From NCBI GenBank assembly GCA_963714745.1, contig CAVQPK010000002.1:2239531-2303530 (forward strand): 64,000 nucleotides of DNA, written 5' to 3'. Both the position numbers and the translations under genes were made by a program. Shown one piece after another: positions 32,787-43,912 of this stretch. The first letter of the stretch is position 1; each line of letters begins with the position of its first letter. Source of the DNA: an uncultured Acidobacteriota bacterium. GTDB taxonomy: Bacteria; Acidobacteriota; Thermoanaerobaculia; Thermoanaerobaculales; Sulfomarinibacteraceae. A model generated the notes under the pieces. That model saw only the letters and a list, made by a program, of their open reading frames with translations, did no database searches and was not told where the DNA came from.

Positions 32787-33359
32787 ATGGCGACCTACAC
32801 CATGAACCAGCTGCGGGTCGGGCTCAAGGTCATGATGGACGGCGACCCGGCGATCATCACCGACGCCGACTTCGTCAAGCCCGGCAAGGGCCAGGCCTTC
32901 GTCCGGATCAAGGCCAAGAACCTCAAGACCCAGCGTGTCAACGAGCGCACCCTGAAGTCCTCCGAGACGCTCGAGGGCGCCGACGTGGTCGACAAGGAGA
33001 TGCAGTACGTCTACTCCGACGGCCACCACTGGTACTTCATGGACCAGGACACCTACGAGCAGATCGCCGCCGACGAGGCCCAGGTCGGGGACTCCGTCAG
33101 ATGGATCAAGGAAGAGGACATGTGCGTCGTCACCCTCTTCGACGGGGCGCCGATCTCGGTCCAGTCGCCGACCTTCGTGGTCCGCGAGATCCTCGAGACC
33201 GACCCCGGCGTGCGCGGCGACACCTCGTCCGGGGGCAACAAGCCGGCCACGGTGGCCGGCGGCGCGGTGGTCCGGATCCCGCTCTTCGTGCAGCAGGGCG
33301 AGCTGATCAAGATCGACACCCGCACCGGCGAGTACGTGTCCCGGGCCAAGGAGGAGTGA
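32787..33359 (+). CDS. efp: Elongation factor P
   Basis: Full listed ORF (190 aa). '[16 protein letters not shown]' carries the modifiable Lys in the KPGKGQA loop. '[11 protein letters not shown]' is also present. Confidence 0.95.
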   Translation: MATYTMNQLRVGLKVMMDGDPAIITDADFVKPGKGQAFVRIKAKNLKTQRVNERTLKSSETLEGADVVDKEMQYVYSDGHHWYFMDQDTYEQIAADEAQVGDSVRWIKEEDMCVVTLFDGAPISVQSPTFVVREILETDPGVRGDTSSGGNKPATVAGGAVVRIPLFVQQGELIKIDTRTGEYVSRAKEE

Positions 33360-33369
33360 CGGGCCCGCG

Positions 33370-34314
33370 ATGAGCGACTGGCGGCCGTCGGCCAGCCGGG
33401 AGGCGCTGGTCCGGCGGGCAGGGGTGCTCGCCCGGATCCGGACCTTTTTCTCCGCCCGTGAGGTGCTCGAGGTCGAAACCCCGGTGCTGGCCGCGGCCGG
33501 AGGCACCGACGTCCACCTCGCGCCTCTCTCCACTCGGCTCGCCCAGGGCGGCACCCTCTACCTCCAGACCTCGCCGGAGTTCGCGATGAAGCGGCTCCTG
33601 GCCGCGGGCTCGGGTCCGATCTACCAGCTCGGCCGCGCGTTCAGGGACGGCGAGGCGGGCCGGCGCCACAACCCCGAGTTCACCATGCTCGAGTGGTATC
33701 GCCCCGGCTGGGACCACCACATGCTGATGGACGAGGTCGAGGCCCTGCTCCTGGAGGTTCTGGCGACCGGGCCCGGAGAGCGCATGACGTATCGCGAGGC
33801 GTTTCTGCGCCACGCCGAGGTCGACCCCTTCACCGCCTCCGACGACCAGCTGCGGGCGCGCGCGGCGAGGCTCGGCCTCGGCTCCGCCGGGGTCGACCGG
33901 GAGGCTTGTCTGTCGCTCATTCTGGCGGCGGAGGTCGAGCCCAACCTCGGTCGTGGCCGGCCGAGCTTCGTGCACGACTTTCCGGCCGCGCAGGCGGCGT
34001 TGGCCCGCATCCGCTCCGGCGATCCACCGCTCGCCGAACGCTTCGAGGTCTTCGTCGAGGGTGTCGAGCTCGCCAACGGCTATCACGAGCTGACGGACCC
34101 GGTCGAGCAGCGGCGTCGCTTCGCAGCCGACCTGGCGCGGAGGCGAGAGCTCGGGCTGCCCGAGCTGCCGGTGGACGTGCGGCTGCTCGCCGCCCTCGAG
34201 CACGGGCTGCCCGACTGCGCCGGCGTGGCGCTCGGGGTCGACCGCCTGGTCATGCTCGCCTGCGGCGCGACCTCGCTGGCCGATGTGATGGCCTTCCCGG
34301 TCGACCGGGCCTGA
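33370..34314 (+). CDS. epmA: EF-P lysine aminoacylase EpmA (GenX/PoxA, LysRS class II paralog)
   Basis: Full listed ORF, 10 nt after efp. Motifs: 'FFSAREVLEVETPVL', 'LQTSPEFAMKRLLAAG', 'FRDGEAGRRHNPEFTMLEWY', 'GVALGVDRLVML'. Confidence 0.9.
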   Translation: MSDWRPSASREALVRRAGVLARIRTFFSAREVLEVETPVLAAAGGTDVHLAPLSTRLAQGGTLYLQTSPEFAMKRLLAAGSGPIYQLGRAFRDGEAGRRHNPEFTMLEWYRPGWDHHMLMDEVEALLLEVLATGPGERMTYREAFLRHAEVDPFTASDDQLRARAARLGLGSAGVDREACLSLILAAEVEPNLGRGRPSFVHDFPAAQAALARIRSGDPPLAERFEVFVEGVELANGYHELTDPVEQRRRFAADLARRRELGLPELPVDVRLLAALEHGLPDCAGVALGVDRLVMLACGATSLADVMAFPVDRA

Positions 34315-34334
34315 CCTCCTCGGGAGGAACCGCA

Positions 34335-36950
34335 TCAGCCCGGGGGAGCCTGAGTCGGGGGCGAGATGCCGCGGGCGCGGCACATCGTGCGCAGGTCGGG
34401 GTCGCTCCAGCCTACCGCCAGCAGCTGCTGGGCCGTCGGCCGAGCGTCGTCGACACGACCCAGCAGCAGGAGCGCCTTGACGCGATACTCCTGGGCGCGG
34501 AGCAGGGCGAAGCTCGCCTCGAGGGGTTGGGTGATCCTCACGGCCTCTGACCAGAGACGGCGTGCCTCCTCCGGTTTTCCCCCCCGGGTCGCCAGCTCGC
34601 CGAGCCCGACCAGGACCGATCCGAGCACGCCGATCGACGCACGATCCCGCGGGTTGGCCTCGACACGTGCGGCGTGGACCCGCCGCGCATGCTCGTACAT
34701 CGCCCCGGCCTCCTCGAGCTTGCCCCGTTTCATCAGCACGCGGGCCAGCCGAGCCTCGGCGAAGGCCACGTCGGTGTCGTCGGGTCCGCGCAGGTCGAGC
34801 AGCACCTCGAGCGCCTGCCGGTCGAGGGCCTCGGCCCGTTCCAGCCGACCGGTGTCGTGGGCCAGCAGGCCGAGCTCCAACAGGCAGCCGGCGGTCTCGG
34901 CATGCCGGTCGCCCACCGCCTCCCGGAAGGTCTCGCACGCCTGACCCAGGAGCGCCTCCGCCTGGTCGAAGTCACCCCTCGAGTGCTTGATGGTCGCGAG
35001 CCGCTGCATCGTCCATGCAGCCTGGCGGTGGCGGGGCCCGAGGGTCCGCCGCACGATCTCCAGCGACCTCTGCAGCAGCTCCTCGGCGCGGTCGAACTCG
35101 CCTCGGAAGGTCAGGCTCATCGCCAGCTGGCGCAGGAGCGACGCGACCGCCGGGTGGTCCGGGGACAGGACCTTCTCCTGGATCTCGAGCGCCCGCTCGA
35201 GGTGGCGGCTGGCCACCTCGTCGTCACCCTGCGAGGTCGCGATCGAGGCCAGCTCACGCAGCAGGACGGCCACCAGTGGGTGGTCGGACCCCGAGCCCTT
35301 CTCGATCACCGCCAATGCCCGGCTCACCGCCGCCTGGGCCCCCTCGAAGTCGCCCTGAACCTTGAGGGTGACGCCGAGGCTGCCGAGCGGGTCCGCGAGG
35401 TCGGGATGGTCGGGCCCCAGCCCGGCCTCGATCGACGCCACCACCCGCCGGAACAGGTCCGCAGCGCGTTCGTGCTCGCTGCGGGAGAATGCCACCGAAG
35501 CCAACACGTTGAGCGCCCTCGCGGTCTCCGGGGCGCCCACGCCGTGCCGCCGCTCGCGGATCTCGAGCGCTGCCCGCGCCAGCGCCTCGCTCCGGTCGTA
35601 GTGACCGAGGGAGTACTCCAGCTCCGCCAGGTGCTCCTGGCTCGCGGCCACCTCTGCGTGCCCGGGCCCGTGCTCCCGAGTGCGGAGCTCGAGGGCACGC
35701 TCCAGCAGCCTGGCCGCGGGTTCATACAGCCCGAGCTCGCGGTAGACCTCGCCCATGGTGTCCATCAGCCGGGCCTGGGTGAGGGGTTCGGTCACCAGCT
35801 CCCGCTCGATTCGGTCGGCCGCGGCGTCCAGGATCTCGCGCGCCGTGACGGTGTTCCCGCGCGACTCGCTCGGGTCGGACACAGAGAAGACGCCGACCAG
35901 GAAATCGGACACCTCGCGGGCGACGGCCGCCTCGCGGGCGGCCTCGGCCTCGGCGGCACGGGCGATGGCGAGGGACCTCCGTGCGTGGGCGAGGCCGAGC
36001 AGCGAGGACGTGGCAGCGATGACCAGGCCGCCGGCGACGGCGGCGACGGCGATGCGACGCAGCCTGCGTCGTGGGCGCTCCCGAATCCAACGCAGGCGCT
36101 CGGCCGTCTCGACCGCGCTCGGCCGGTCGGTGGGCGCGAACGACTTCAGCCGCGAGATCAGCCCGGACAGCTGGGAGTCGACGCCCTCCACCGGCAGTGT
36201 TTCGCCCCACATCGCCTTCTGCTTCAGCTCGGGGAAGGTCAGGCCCTCCGGGTAGGGTCGCTTCCCGGTGAAGAGCTCCTGGAGCACGAGCCCGAACGAG
36301 TACATGTCGCTGGCCGCGGTGAGGGGCTCCCCGCGCGCCTGCTCCGGGCTCATCGAGCGGGGAGTTCCGACGACGTCGCCGATCTCGGTCAGGGTCAGAT
36401 CGCGGCCGTCGGAGGCTGCCTCGGCGACGGGCGGCGGCGAGTCGTTTCGGACCGGCTGCCCGCCGGCGTCCTCGGATTCGGCCGCGGCCCGAGCGAGGCC
36501 GAAGTCGAGCACCTTCACCAACCCGTCGTCATCGACCACCACGTGCTCGGGCTTGAGGTCACGGTGGATCACGCTGACGGTGTGTGCGGCGACCAGCGCG
36601 CGGGCGACCTGCTCGGCGATGGCGAGCTTGGCCTGGAAGCTCCGGCCCTGGGCCGCGACCTGGGCCAGGTCGGTGCCCTCGACCAGCTCCATGACGATGT
36701 AGTCGGCCTCGCCCTCCTCGAGGAACTCATAGATGCGGCAGATGTTGGGGTGCTCGAGCTGGGACAGGATCCGCGCCTCGCGGGCGAATCGCTCCCTCGC
36801 CCGGTGGTCCATTCTCCGCTCGCGGCGGACCGCCTTGACCGCGACCCGGCGGCCGAGACGCTCGTCCAGGCCGACGTAGACCTCGCCCATCCCGCCCTCG
36901 CCGAGGGACTCGACGATGCGGATGTTGCGCAGCATGGTCCCGATCAGCAC
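34335..36950 (-). CDS. Ser/Thr protein kinase with TM segment and C-terminal TPR array
   Basis: Full listed ORF (871 aa). Motifs: 'GEGGMGEVYVG', 'VAVKAV', 'HRDLKPEHVV', 'DFGLAR'. These are followed by repeated 'LG..H...A.....LA..Y...G.Y..AE.L' TPR-like units. The start is GTG 36950 or ATG 36935. Confidence 0.9.
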   Translation of the reverse strand: MLIGTMLRNIRIVESLGEGGMGEVYVGLDERLGRRVAVKAVRRERRMDHRARERFAREARILSQLEHPNICRIYEFLEEGEADYIVMELVEGTDLAQVAAQGRSFQAKLAIAEQVARALVAAHTVSVIHRDLKPEHVVVDDDGLVKVLDFGLARAAAESEDAGGQPVRNDSPPPVAEAASDGRDLTLTEIGDVVGTPRSMSPEQARGEPLTAASDMYSFGLVLQELFTGKRPYPEGLTFPELKQKAMWGETLPVEGVDSQLSGLISRLKSFAPTDRPSAVETAERLRWIRERPRRRLRRIAVAAVAGGLVIAATSSLLGLAHARRSLAIARAAEAEAAREAAVAREVSDFLVGVFSVSDPSESRGNTVTAREILDAAADRIERELVTEPLTQARLMDTMGEVYRELGLYEPAARLLERALELRTREHGPGHAEVAASQEHLAELEYSLGHYDRSEALARAALEIRERRHGVGAPETARALNVLASVAFSRSEHERAADLFRRVVASIEAGLGPDHPDLADPLGSLGVTLKVQGDFEGAQAAVSRALAVIEKGSGSDHPLVAVLLRELASIATSQGDDEVASRHLERALEIQEKVLSPDHPAVASLLRQLAMSLTFRGEFDRAEELLQRSLEIVRRTLGPRHRQAAWTMQRLATIKHSRGDFDQAEALLGQACETFREAVGDRHAETAGCLLELGLLAHDTGRLERAEALDRQALEVLLDLRGPDDTDVAFAEARLARVLMKRGKLEEAGAMYEHARRVHAARVEANPRDRASIGVLGSVLVGLGELATRGGKPEEARRLWSEAVRITQPLEASFALLRAQEYRVKALLLLGRVDDARPTAQQLLAVGWSDPDLRTMCRARGISPPTQAPPG

Positions 36951-37017
36951 CGTCAGTGGTCTCCCGCCGGATGGTCGTCGCTCGAGCCCATCCTACCCGG
37001 TCGGCCCGGCTGGGGGC

Positions 37018-37749
37018 TCAGATCAGCTTCCAGAGGAACCGGGCGCGTTCCATCCGCCTCAGGATCAGCTCCACCCGGTGCTGGTAACCGCGGCTGGTCA
37101 CCCCCGGGTGCCAGGTCGCCGGGCGCGACAACGCGGCCGCGAGCTGGGCAGCCTGGTGCTCGTCGAGCTCCGACGCCGGCTGTCCGAAGTAGCGCCGGGA
37201 CGCGGCCTCGGCTCCGTACAGCCCGGGCCCGAGCTCGACCACGTTGAGGTAGAGCTCGAGGATGCGGCGCTTGTCGAGGACCCGCTCGAGCCGGGCGGTG
37301 AGCAGCGCCTCCTCGAGCTTGCGCAGCGGGCTGCGGGAGGGGCTCAACCACAGGTTCTTGGCCAGCTGCTGGGTGATGGTCGAGGCCCCTCGCGGTGCCC
37401 TGCGCTCGTCCCATGCCTTGCGCAGGGCGGCCTCGATCTCGTCGGTCGCGAAACCGTCGTGGTCGAAAAAGCCGATGTCCTCGGCCACCAGCACCGCCCG
37501 CTTGAGGTGGGGCGAGATCCGGTCGTAGGGCACCGGGCGCCAGGCCACCTTCGGCTCGCGGCCGGCGCGGCGCTCTCCGGCCCGGTAGCGCTCGATGAAG
37601 GCCGTGGTCGTCGGGTCCGAGCCTCGGAGGCCCGCCACGTCGGGCCAGGTCAGCCAGGTCCAGCCGGCCCAGGCCGCGACCGCCGCCGCGGCGACCAGGC
37701 CGGCCGCGAGGATCAGCCGCAGGCATCCCCGCCGCCGTGCCCGGCTCAC
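37018..37749 (-). CDS. mtgA: Monofunctional biosynthetic peptidoglycan transglycosylase
   Basis: GTG 37749 overlaps the upstream stop (GTGA). Motifs: 'VAEDIGFFDHDGF', 'GASTITQQLAKNL', 'RKLEEALLTARLE'. Confidence 0.85.
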   Translation of the reverse strand: MSRARRRGCLRLILAAGLVAAAAVAAWAGWTWLTWPDVAGLRGSDPTTTAFIERYRAGERRAGREPKVAWRPVPYDRISPHLKRAVLVAEDIGFFDHDGFATDEIEAALRKAWDERRAPRGASTITQQLAKNLWLSPSRSPLRKLEEALLTARLERVLDKRRILELYLNVVELGPGLYGAEAASRRYFGQPASELDEHQAAQLAAALSRPATWHPGVTSRGYQHRVELILRRMERARFLWKLI

Positions 37750-39065
37750 GCCGCCTCCGCAGCTCGCCGGGTGAGTGCGCGGCCCACCGGGGCGACCAGG
37801 ACCAGGATCGCGGCCAGGCGGCCCGCCACCAGGCCGATCGCCGCCGCGGTCGCACCGACCAGCTCGAGCGGGCCCGCCGCGAGGTTGATCACGAGCACGA
37901 CCACCACGACCTCGGAGGCGGTCGCCCAGGTCACCGACGAGGTGGCGCGGAGGTGGACCAGGAGCGCGCGCTGCCACGACAGCAGCACCGTCAGCGACGG
38001 CATCAGCACCAGGATCCTGGCCGGGAGCAGAGCGATCCGTGCGAGCTCAGGGGTGAGGCCGGACACGCCCTCGAACCAGGTCGCCGCGAGGGGTGTCCAC
38101 ACGATCACGCCGAGCCCCACCGCCACTCCGGCGGCGAGGGTCGAGGCGAAGCGGGCAAGCGGCCGATAGCCCTCCATGCGTTCGCCGGCAAGGGCGATCG
38201 CGACCTCCTGGAAGGCGAGGCCGAGGGCGCGAAACAGGAACACCAGGGAGTAGACCACCGGCAGCACGGCCAGGGAGGCCACCGCCTCCCGGCTGTGCCC
38301 GACCAGGAAGGTCACCACCGGCTGCACGCCGAGGGCGAGCAGGGAGGTGGTGGCGAGGGGCCAGTAGAAGGTGGTCAGATCCCGCCATCCCGGACCCGCT
38401 TCACCTGTCCCGGCGGCCAGCCCGGCAACCACCGGGCGCGCCATCCCGAGCGCGACGAGCATCTCGGCCACCACGCCCGCGGACAGCGCGGCGGCGCCCA
38501 CCGACGCGCCCTCGACCCGGCCGTCGACGAACAGGAGTGTGGCGACACCTGCCATCGTGGCCAGCCGGACCACCGTGCCCCAGGCCACCCGGCGGGTGAG
38601 ACCGGCGCGGATCAGGATGCCCTGGGCGAAGCGCCGGACCCCGATCGCCGCCGGCCACGGCAGCAGCAGCACCAGAGCCCGGTGGGCCCGCTCCGCCACT
38701 CCCGGCGGCAGGCCGACCAGACCCTCGAGCACGGCGGTGGCGACGGGCGGCACCACCAGAGCGGCGAGCGCGACCGTGATCGCCACGTTGAGGATGTTGG
38801 CGAAACGGCGCAGCGCCAGGTAGGACGGCCGGTCCTTCACCAGCGCGGTGGCCGCGCTCATCATCATGATCACCGGGGCCTCGGCGACCAGAGCGAAGGC
38901 GTAGGCGACGCCATAGGCGGCGAGATTGGGCTCGGGGTCGGGGCGACGCGCGACCAGGGCGGCGAGGAACGGGCCCTCGACCGCCATCATCAACCAGGTC
39001 GCGGCGAGCGGAGCCCAGAACCTCGCGATCGCGGGCTGGGTCAGCGGTCGGTCGTGGCTCGGCAT
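37746..39065 (-). CDS. MOP/MATE-superfamily-like polytopic membrane protein (possible flippase)
   Basis: Met91 of ORF 37746..39335. About 12 hydrophobic segments. The family assignment is tentative. Confidence 0.65.
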   Translation of the reverse strand: MPSHDRPLTQPAIARFWAPLAATWLMMAVEGPFLAALVARRPDPEPNLAAYGVAYAFALVAEAPVIMMMSAATALVKDRPSYLALRRFANILNVAITVALAALVVPPVATAVLEGLVGLPPGVAERAHRALVLLLPWPAAIGVRRFAQGILIRAGLTRRVAWGTVVRLATMAGVATLLFVDGRVEGASVGAAALSAGVVAEMLVALGMARPVVAGLAAGTGEAGPGWRDLTTFYWPLATTSLLALGVQPVVTFLVGHSREAVASLAVLPVVYSLVFLFRALGLAFQEVAIALAGERMEGYRPLARFASTLAAGVAVGLGVIVWTPLAATWFEGVSGLTPELARIALLPARILVLMPSLTVLLSWQRALLVHLRATSSVTWATASEVVVVVLVINLAAGPLELVGATAAAIGLVAGRLAAILVLVAPVGRALTRRAAEAA

Positions 39066-39397
39066 CCGTCGGCGCACACGCGCCGCCCGTCGGGGGTCGC
39101 CCGGAGGCGCGCTTCGGGCCGCATCACGCCGCAGGCGTCGCAGGCGGCAAGAGCTTCGGCGGCCGGGGCAGTGGGGGTTCGCGTCGCCGGCGCGGCGGGC
39201 TCGTCCGGTCGGCGCTCTTTCCACGAGCCGACCATGAAGGTGAGCAGGCCGAGCAGGAGCTCGTCGGCGAACGGGATCAGGTCGGGCGTGACCAGGTCGA
39301 GCAGGAAGAGCCCGGCCAGGATGACGAAGAGCCACGGGTACTTGAGGCGCCCGAAGAGGGGCGTCAGCAGGCGGACGAGGGGTGACGGCGCTGCCAT
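39041..39397 (-). CDS. Small membrane protein with C-terminal Cys-rich (CxxC...CxxxC) tail
   Basis: Met34 of ORF 39041..39496. 'YPWLFVILAGLFLLDLVTPDLIPFADELLLGLLTFMV' then 'ACDACG...VCADGC'. It overlaps the downstream gene start by 25 nt. Confidence 0.5.
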   Translation of the reverse strand: MAAPSPLVRLLTPLFGRLKYPWLFVILAGLFLLDLVTPDLIPFADELLLGLLTFMVGSWKERRPDEPAAPATRTPTAPAAEALAACDACGVMRPEARLRATPDGRRVCADGCRATTDR

Positions 39398-39485
39398 TGC
39401 GGCGAGTGTACCAGGAGCCGGAACACCGGAGACGTGAGGTCTGCGCCCGGGATGCCTGGCGGTGGCGGGGCCTCTGGTCGCCCGG

Positions 39486-40709
39486 TTACGGCGCACTGCG
39501 CACGTCTGAGGAGCTGTTCAGCGGAGGGCCGGCGGCGCGGCGCAGCAGCGCGAGCAGGGCCCAGGCGGCGATGACTCGCATCCGGGGCCGGTCGAAGGGG
39601 AAATCGAGGCGGCGCTCGAGGGGCGTGCCACCCGGTGAGGCGACCGCGATCACGGGAACGTCGTCCGCGTCGGGGACGATCGCTGCGCCGAGGGTCGTCC
39701 CGAGACGATCGGCCACGCGGGCGGCCGCCGACACGGCGTCGATCGACGAGCTCTCGAGAAGTCTCGCGAGGTGGCCCCGGCCCGGAGCCAGAAGCGCTCC
39801 GCCGAGCACGATGGCGCCCCGGGGAGCCGCCGCGAGCATTCCAGCGGCGCGGCCCCCTGCATAGGCGTCGGCGACGGCGACGGTCACGCCCGCGGACTCG
39901 AGCGCCGCGGCGGTGACGTCGGCGAGCGTCACGTCGCATCGGGCTCCTCCCGCCGCGTAGACGTGGTGTCCCAGCCGTGCCCGGGCGTGCTCGACCAGCG
40001 CGGCGAGCGCGTCGTCCGACCCGCCGCGCAGCACCAGGCGGACCTGGATCTCGGGAAAGCTGGCCCGGTACTGCACGGTGAGCCGAGAGCCCGCGGAGCA
40101 AGCGGCTCCGAGACCTTCGAGCCGGTGGCCGGCGTCGGACTCGCCGAGCCCGAAGAGCTTGAGGGTGGCGATCCGCGGCGCGTCTCCGGGCAGCCTGCCG
40201 ACCAGGTCGGGAATCACCGTGTCGTCGAGCATGCCTTCCATCTCGCGCGGTACGCCGGGCATCGAGTAGAGCCGGCAGGCGCCGGCGTCGAGCCGGAATC
40301 CGACCGCCGTGCCGCGGGGGTTCGCAATCAGGGTTGCGCCGTCGGGCAGGTCGGCCTGCTTGAGGTTGTTGGGGCTCATCGGCCGACCGCGCCCGGAGAA
40401 GAACGCCTCCAGGTGGGCGACCGCCTCCGGGTTGCGGACCAGCTCGCGGCCGAAGGCCGCGGCGACCGCCTCGGTGGTGAGGTCGTCGGTGGTCGGGCCG
40501 AGGCCGCCCGAGATCAGCAGCGCGTCCGCACGCCCGGCGATCTCGCGCAGCACCGCGACCAGCTCGCCGACGTCATCGCCGACCGAGGTGTGGCGCACCA
40601 CGGCGAGCCCGACGTCGCCGAGGCGTCCGGACATCACGCCGGCGTTGGTGTCGGTCAGCCGCCCCTCGACCAGCTCGTCGCCGACGGTGAGAATCTCGAT
40701 CCGCGACAT
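39486..40709 (-). CDS. cinA: CinA family protein (MoCF-type domain plus NMN deamidase-like domain)
   Basis: Full listed ORF. Motifs: 'IEILTVGDELVEGRLTDTNA', 'LLISGGLGPTTDDLT', 'MPGVPREM'. Confidence 0.85.
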   Translation of the reverse strand: MSRIEILTVGDELVEGRLTDTNAGVMSGRLGDVGLAVVRHTSVGDDVGELVAVLREIAGRADALLISGGLGPTTDDLTTEAVAAAFGRELVRNPEAVAHLEAFFSGRGRPMSPNNLKQADLPDGATLIANPRGTAVGFRLDAGACRLYSMPGVPREMEGMLDDTVIPDLVGRLPGDAPRIATLKLFGLGESDAGHRLEGLGAACSAGSRLTVQYRASFPEIQVRLVLRGGSDDALAALVEHARARLGHHVYAAGGARCDVTLADVTAAALESAGVTVAVADAYAGGRAAGMLAAAPRGAIVLGGALLAPGRGHLARLLESSSIDAVSAAARVADRLGTTLGAAIVPDADDVPVIAVASPGGTPLERRLDFPFDRPRMRVIAAWALLALLRRAAGPPLNSSSDVRSAP

Positions 40710-40850
40710 CGCCGCCTCCGGCAGGCGACGCTAGACCGCGGCGCGGCGCCCGTCAAGGCTCCGGCACGAACCAGCGCCCGCGTCCGTTCACCGGTCGATC
40801 GGGTCTTGGGGCCCCGCCCGCGCCGTGTCTCTGTCGCCGAGATCTGTCGT

Positions 40851-42664
<1,814 letters not shown>

Positions 42665-42726
42665 GGGACTCCTCGCGGGCCGGACCTTCTATCACCTGGG
42701 GGCGGTGGCGTCAATGGAGAGAATAG

Positions 42727-42770
42727 TGATCAGTGAGGAATGGTGACTGATGAGTGATGAGTGGGGGGTG
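42727..42770. repeat. Heptamer/octamer array (TGATGAG-like) followed by a G-rich tract
   Basis: 'GTGATCAGTGAGGAATGGTGACTGATGAGTGATGAGTGGGGGG', followed by 'GGTGGCGGGACGCAGGGGAGGGTGCGGGCTGGGGCGG'. Confidence 0.5.
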
Positions 42771-42832
42771 GTGGCGGGACGCAGGGGAGGGTGCGGGCTG
42801 GGGCGGCGGTCGTGGTGCGCGCCTCGCGAGGC

Positions 42833-42985
42833 TCAGTCCTCGGCCTTCCAGTCCGCGAGCCGGAGGTCGACGACCCGCGAGAACTCGCCCTGGTTGCGGA
42901 TGACGAGGGTGAGACCGTGGGCGCGGGCGACGGCTGCAATCATGAGGTCGTTGGGGCCGATGGGGGTGCCGGCCCTCTCGAGGTC
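42833..42985 (-). pseudogene. C-terminal remnant of a PIN-domain (VapC-like) toxin
   Basis: 'DLERAGTPIGPNDLMIAAVARAHGLTLVIRNQGEFSRVVDLRLADW' matches roughly the last 50 residues of VapC-type proteins. The N-terminal half and any antitoxin gene are absent. Confidence 0.55.
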
Positions 42986-43072
42986 TGAGCGGGAGCGACC
43001 GCATGCGCTCACCGGCACCGTTGGTTACCGGCTCAGTCCACGCTAAACCCTCGAAGCCCCAGTGGTTCCGCC

Positions 43073-43720
43073 CTAGTTCGCGACCGGAGGCGGGGCCGGC
43101 TCGAGCTCCGAGAGGGCGTCCCCGAGCCGCTTGAGCGCCCGGCCCCGCAGCGGTCCGATCGAGCCCATCGGCCGCTCGAGCCGGGTGGCGGTCTCCTCGT
43201 AGCTGAGGCCCTCGAAGTACAGGAGGGTCAGCAGCTCACGGTCGAATTGGCGGAGCTTCCGCATGCCGCGCTCGATCAGGTCGCGCTCGTCGTCGGTGTC
43301 GAGCGGCCCCTGGAGATCGAGCTCCTCGACGTACCGGCTGACCAGAGTGCGGTCGCGCACCAGCCGGCGGATCCGCTTGCGGGCCTGGTTGATCGAGGTC
43401 CCGATCAGCCAGCTGCGCGGGCTCCGGATCTCGGGCGCCTTGACGACGAACTGCAGCAGGACCTCCTGGAAGAGGTCCTCGGCGTCCTCGGCGTCGAGGC
43501 GGAACCAGCGCAGGAAGATCGCGAACAGGACCGGAGTGTAGGCGTCGAGCAGCGGATCCAGCGCGGCCACCTCGCCCGCGGCGAATCGCCGCAGGAAGAT
43601 CTCGGCCTGCTCGTCGCTCAGGCGTCGGGCCGACGGCTGGTCGTCGACCATGAGGGTGACGTCCGCCGGCGCCTGGCGCCCGGCGTCGGTCAGTGCGTTC
43701 GACTCGATCTGATTGGCCAT
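43073..43720 (-). CDS. ECF-type sigma-70 family sigma factor (second copy in window)
   Basis: ATG 43720 with GGGGAGG upstream, in frame with stop 43073. Motifs: 'AEDLFQEVLLQFV', 'SWLIGTSINQARKRIRR', 'YFEGLSYEETATRLERPMGSIGPLRGRALKRL'. Confidence 0.85.
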   Translation of the reverse strand: MANQIESNALTDAGRQAPADVTLMVDDQPSARRLSDEQAEIFLRRFAAGEVAALDPLLDAYTPVLFAIFLRWFRLDAEDAEDLFQEVLLQFVVKAPEIRSPRSWLIGTSINQARKRIRRLVRDRTLVSRYVEELDLQGPLDTDDERDLIERGMRKLRQFDRELLTLLYFEGLSYEETATRLERPMGSIGPLRGRALKRLGDALSELEPAPPPVAN

Positions 43721-43814
43721 GACGGCCTCCCCTGCCGGTCTGACTGCACGTGGTGTGCCAGTGCGAGCTCGTCGTGAAGTCATTGATGGATAGAGATTTC
43801 CATGTGGAGATATG

Positions 43815-43831
43815 TGTTCGGATTCCGAACA
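43815..43831. promoter_or_regulatory. 17-bp near-perfect palindrome TGTTCGGAWTCCGAACA in the divergent sigma/fmt intergenic region
   Basis: 'TGTTCGGATTCCGAACA' has 8-bp arms that are perfect apart from the central base. It sits in an AT-richer stretch. Confidence 0.3.
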
Positions 43832-43912
43832 TGACACGGATCTGGACGGCTGGAGTCCGTGTCGAGCGGTCGCTTTCTGCGCCTCAGTCGCATTCGGTGT
43901 ACACTCCGCGCC

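Noticed and set aside
34674-37247. ORF 34674..37247(+) at 857 aa opposite the Ser/Thr kinase. The same applies to 22988..25036(+), 54741..56786(-), 60268..62259(+), 50358..53138(-), 37737..39437(+), 35015..35365(+) and others.
   Set aside because: The reason is the same: shadow frames of well-supported genes, with no start context and no motifs.
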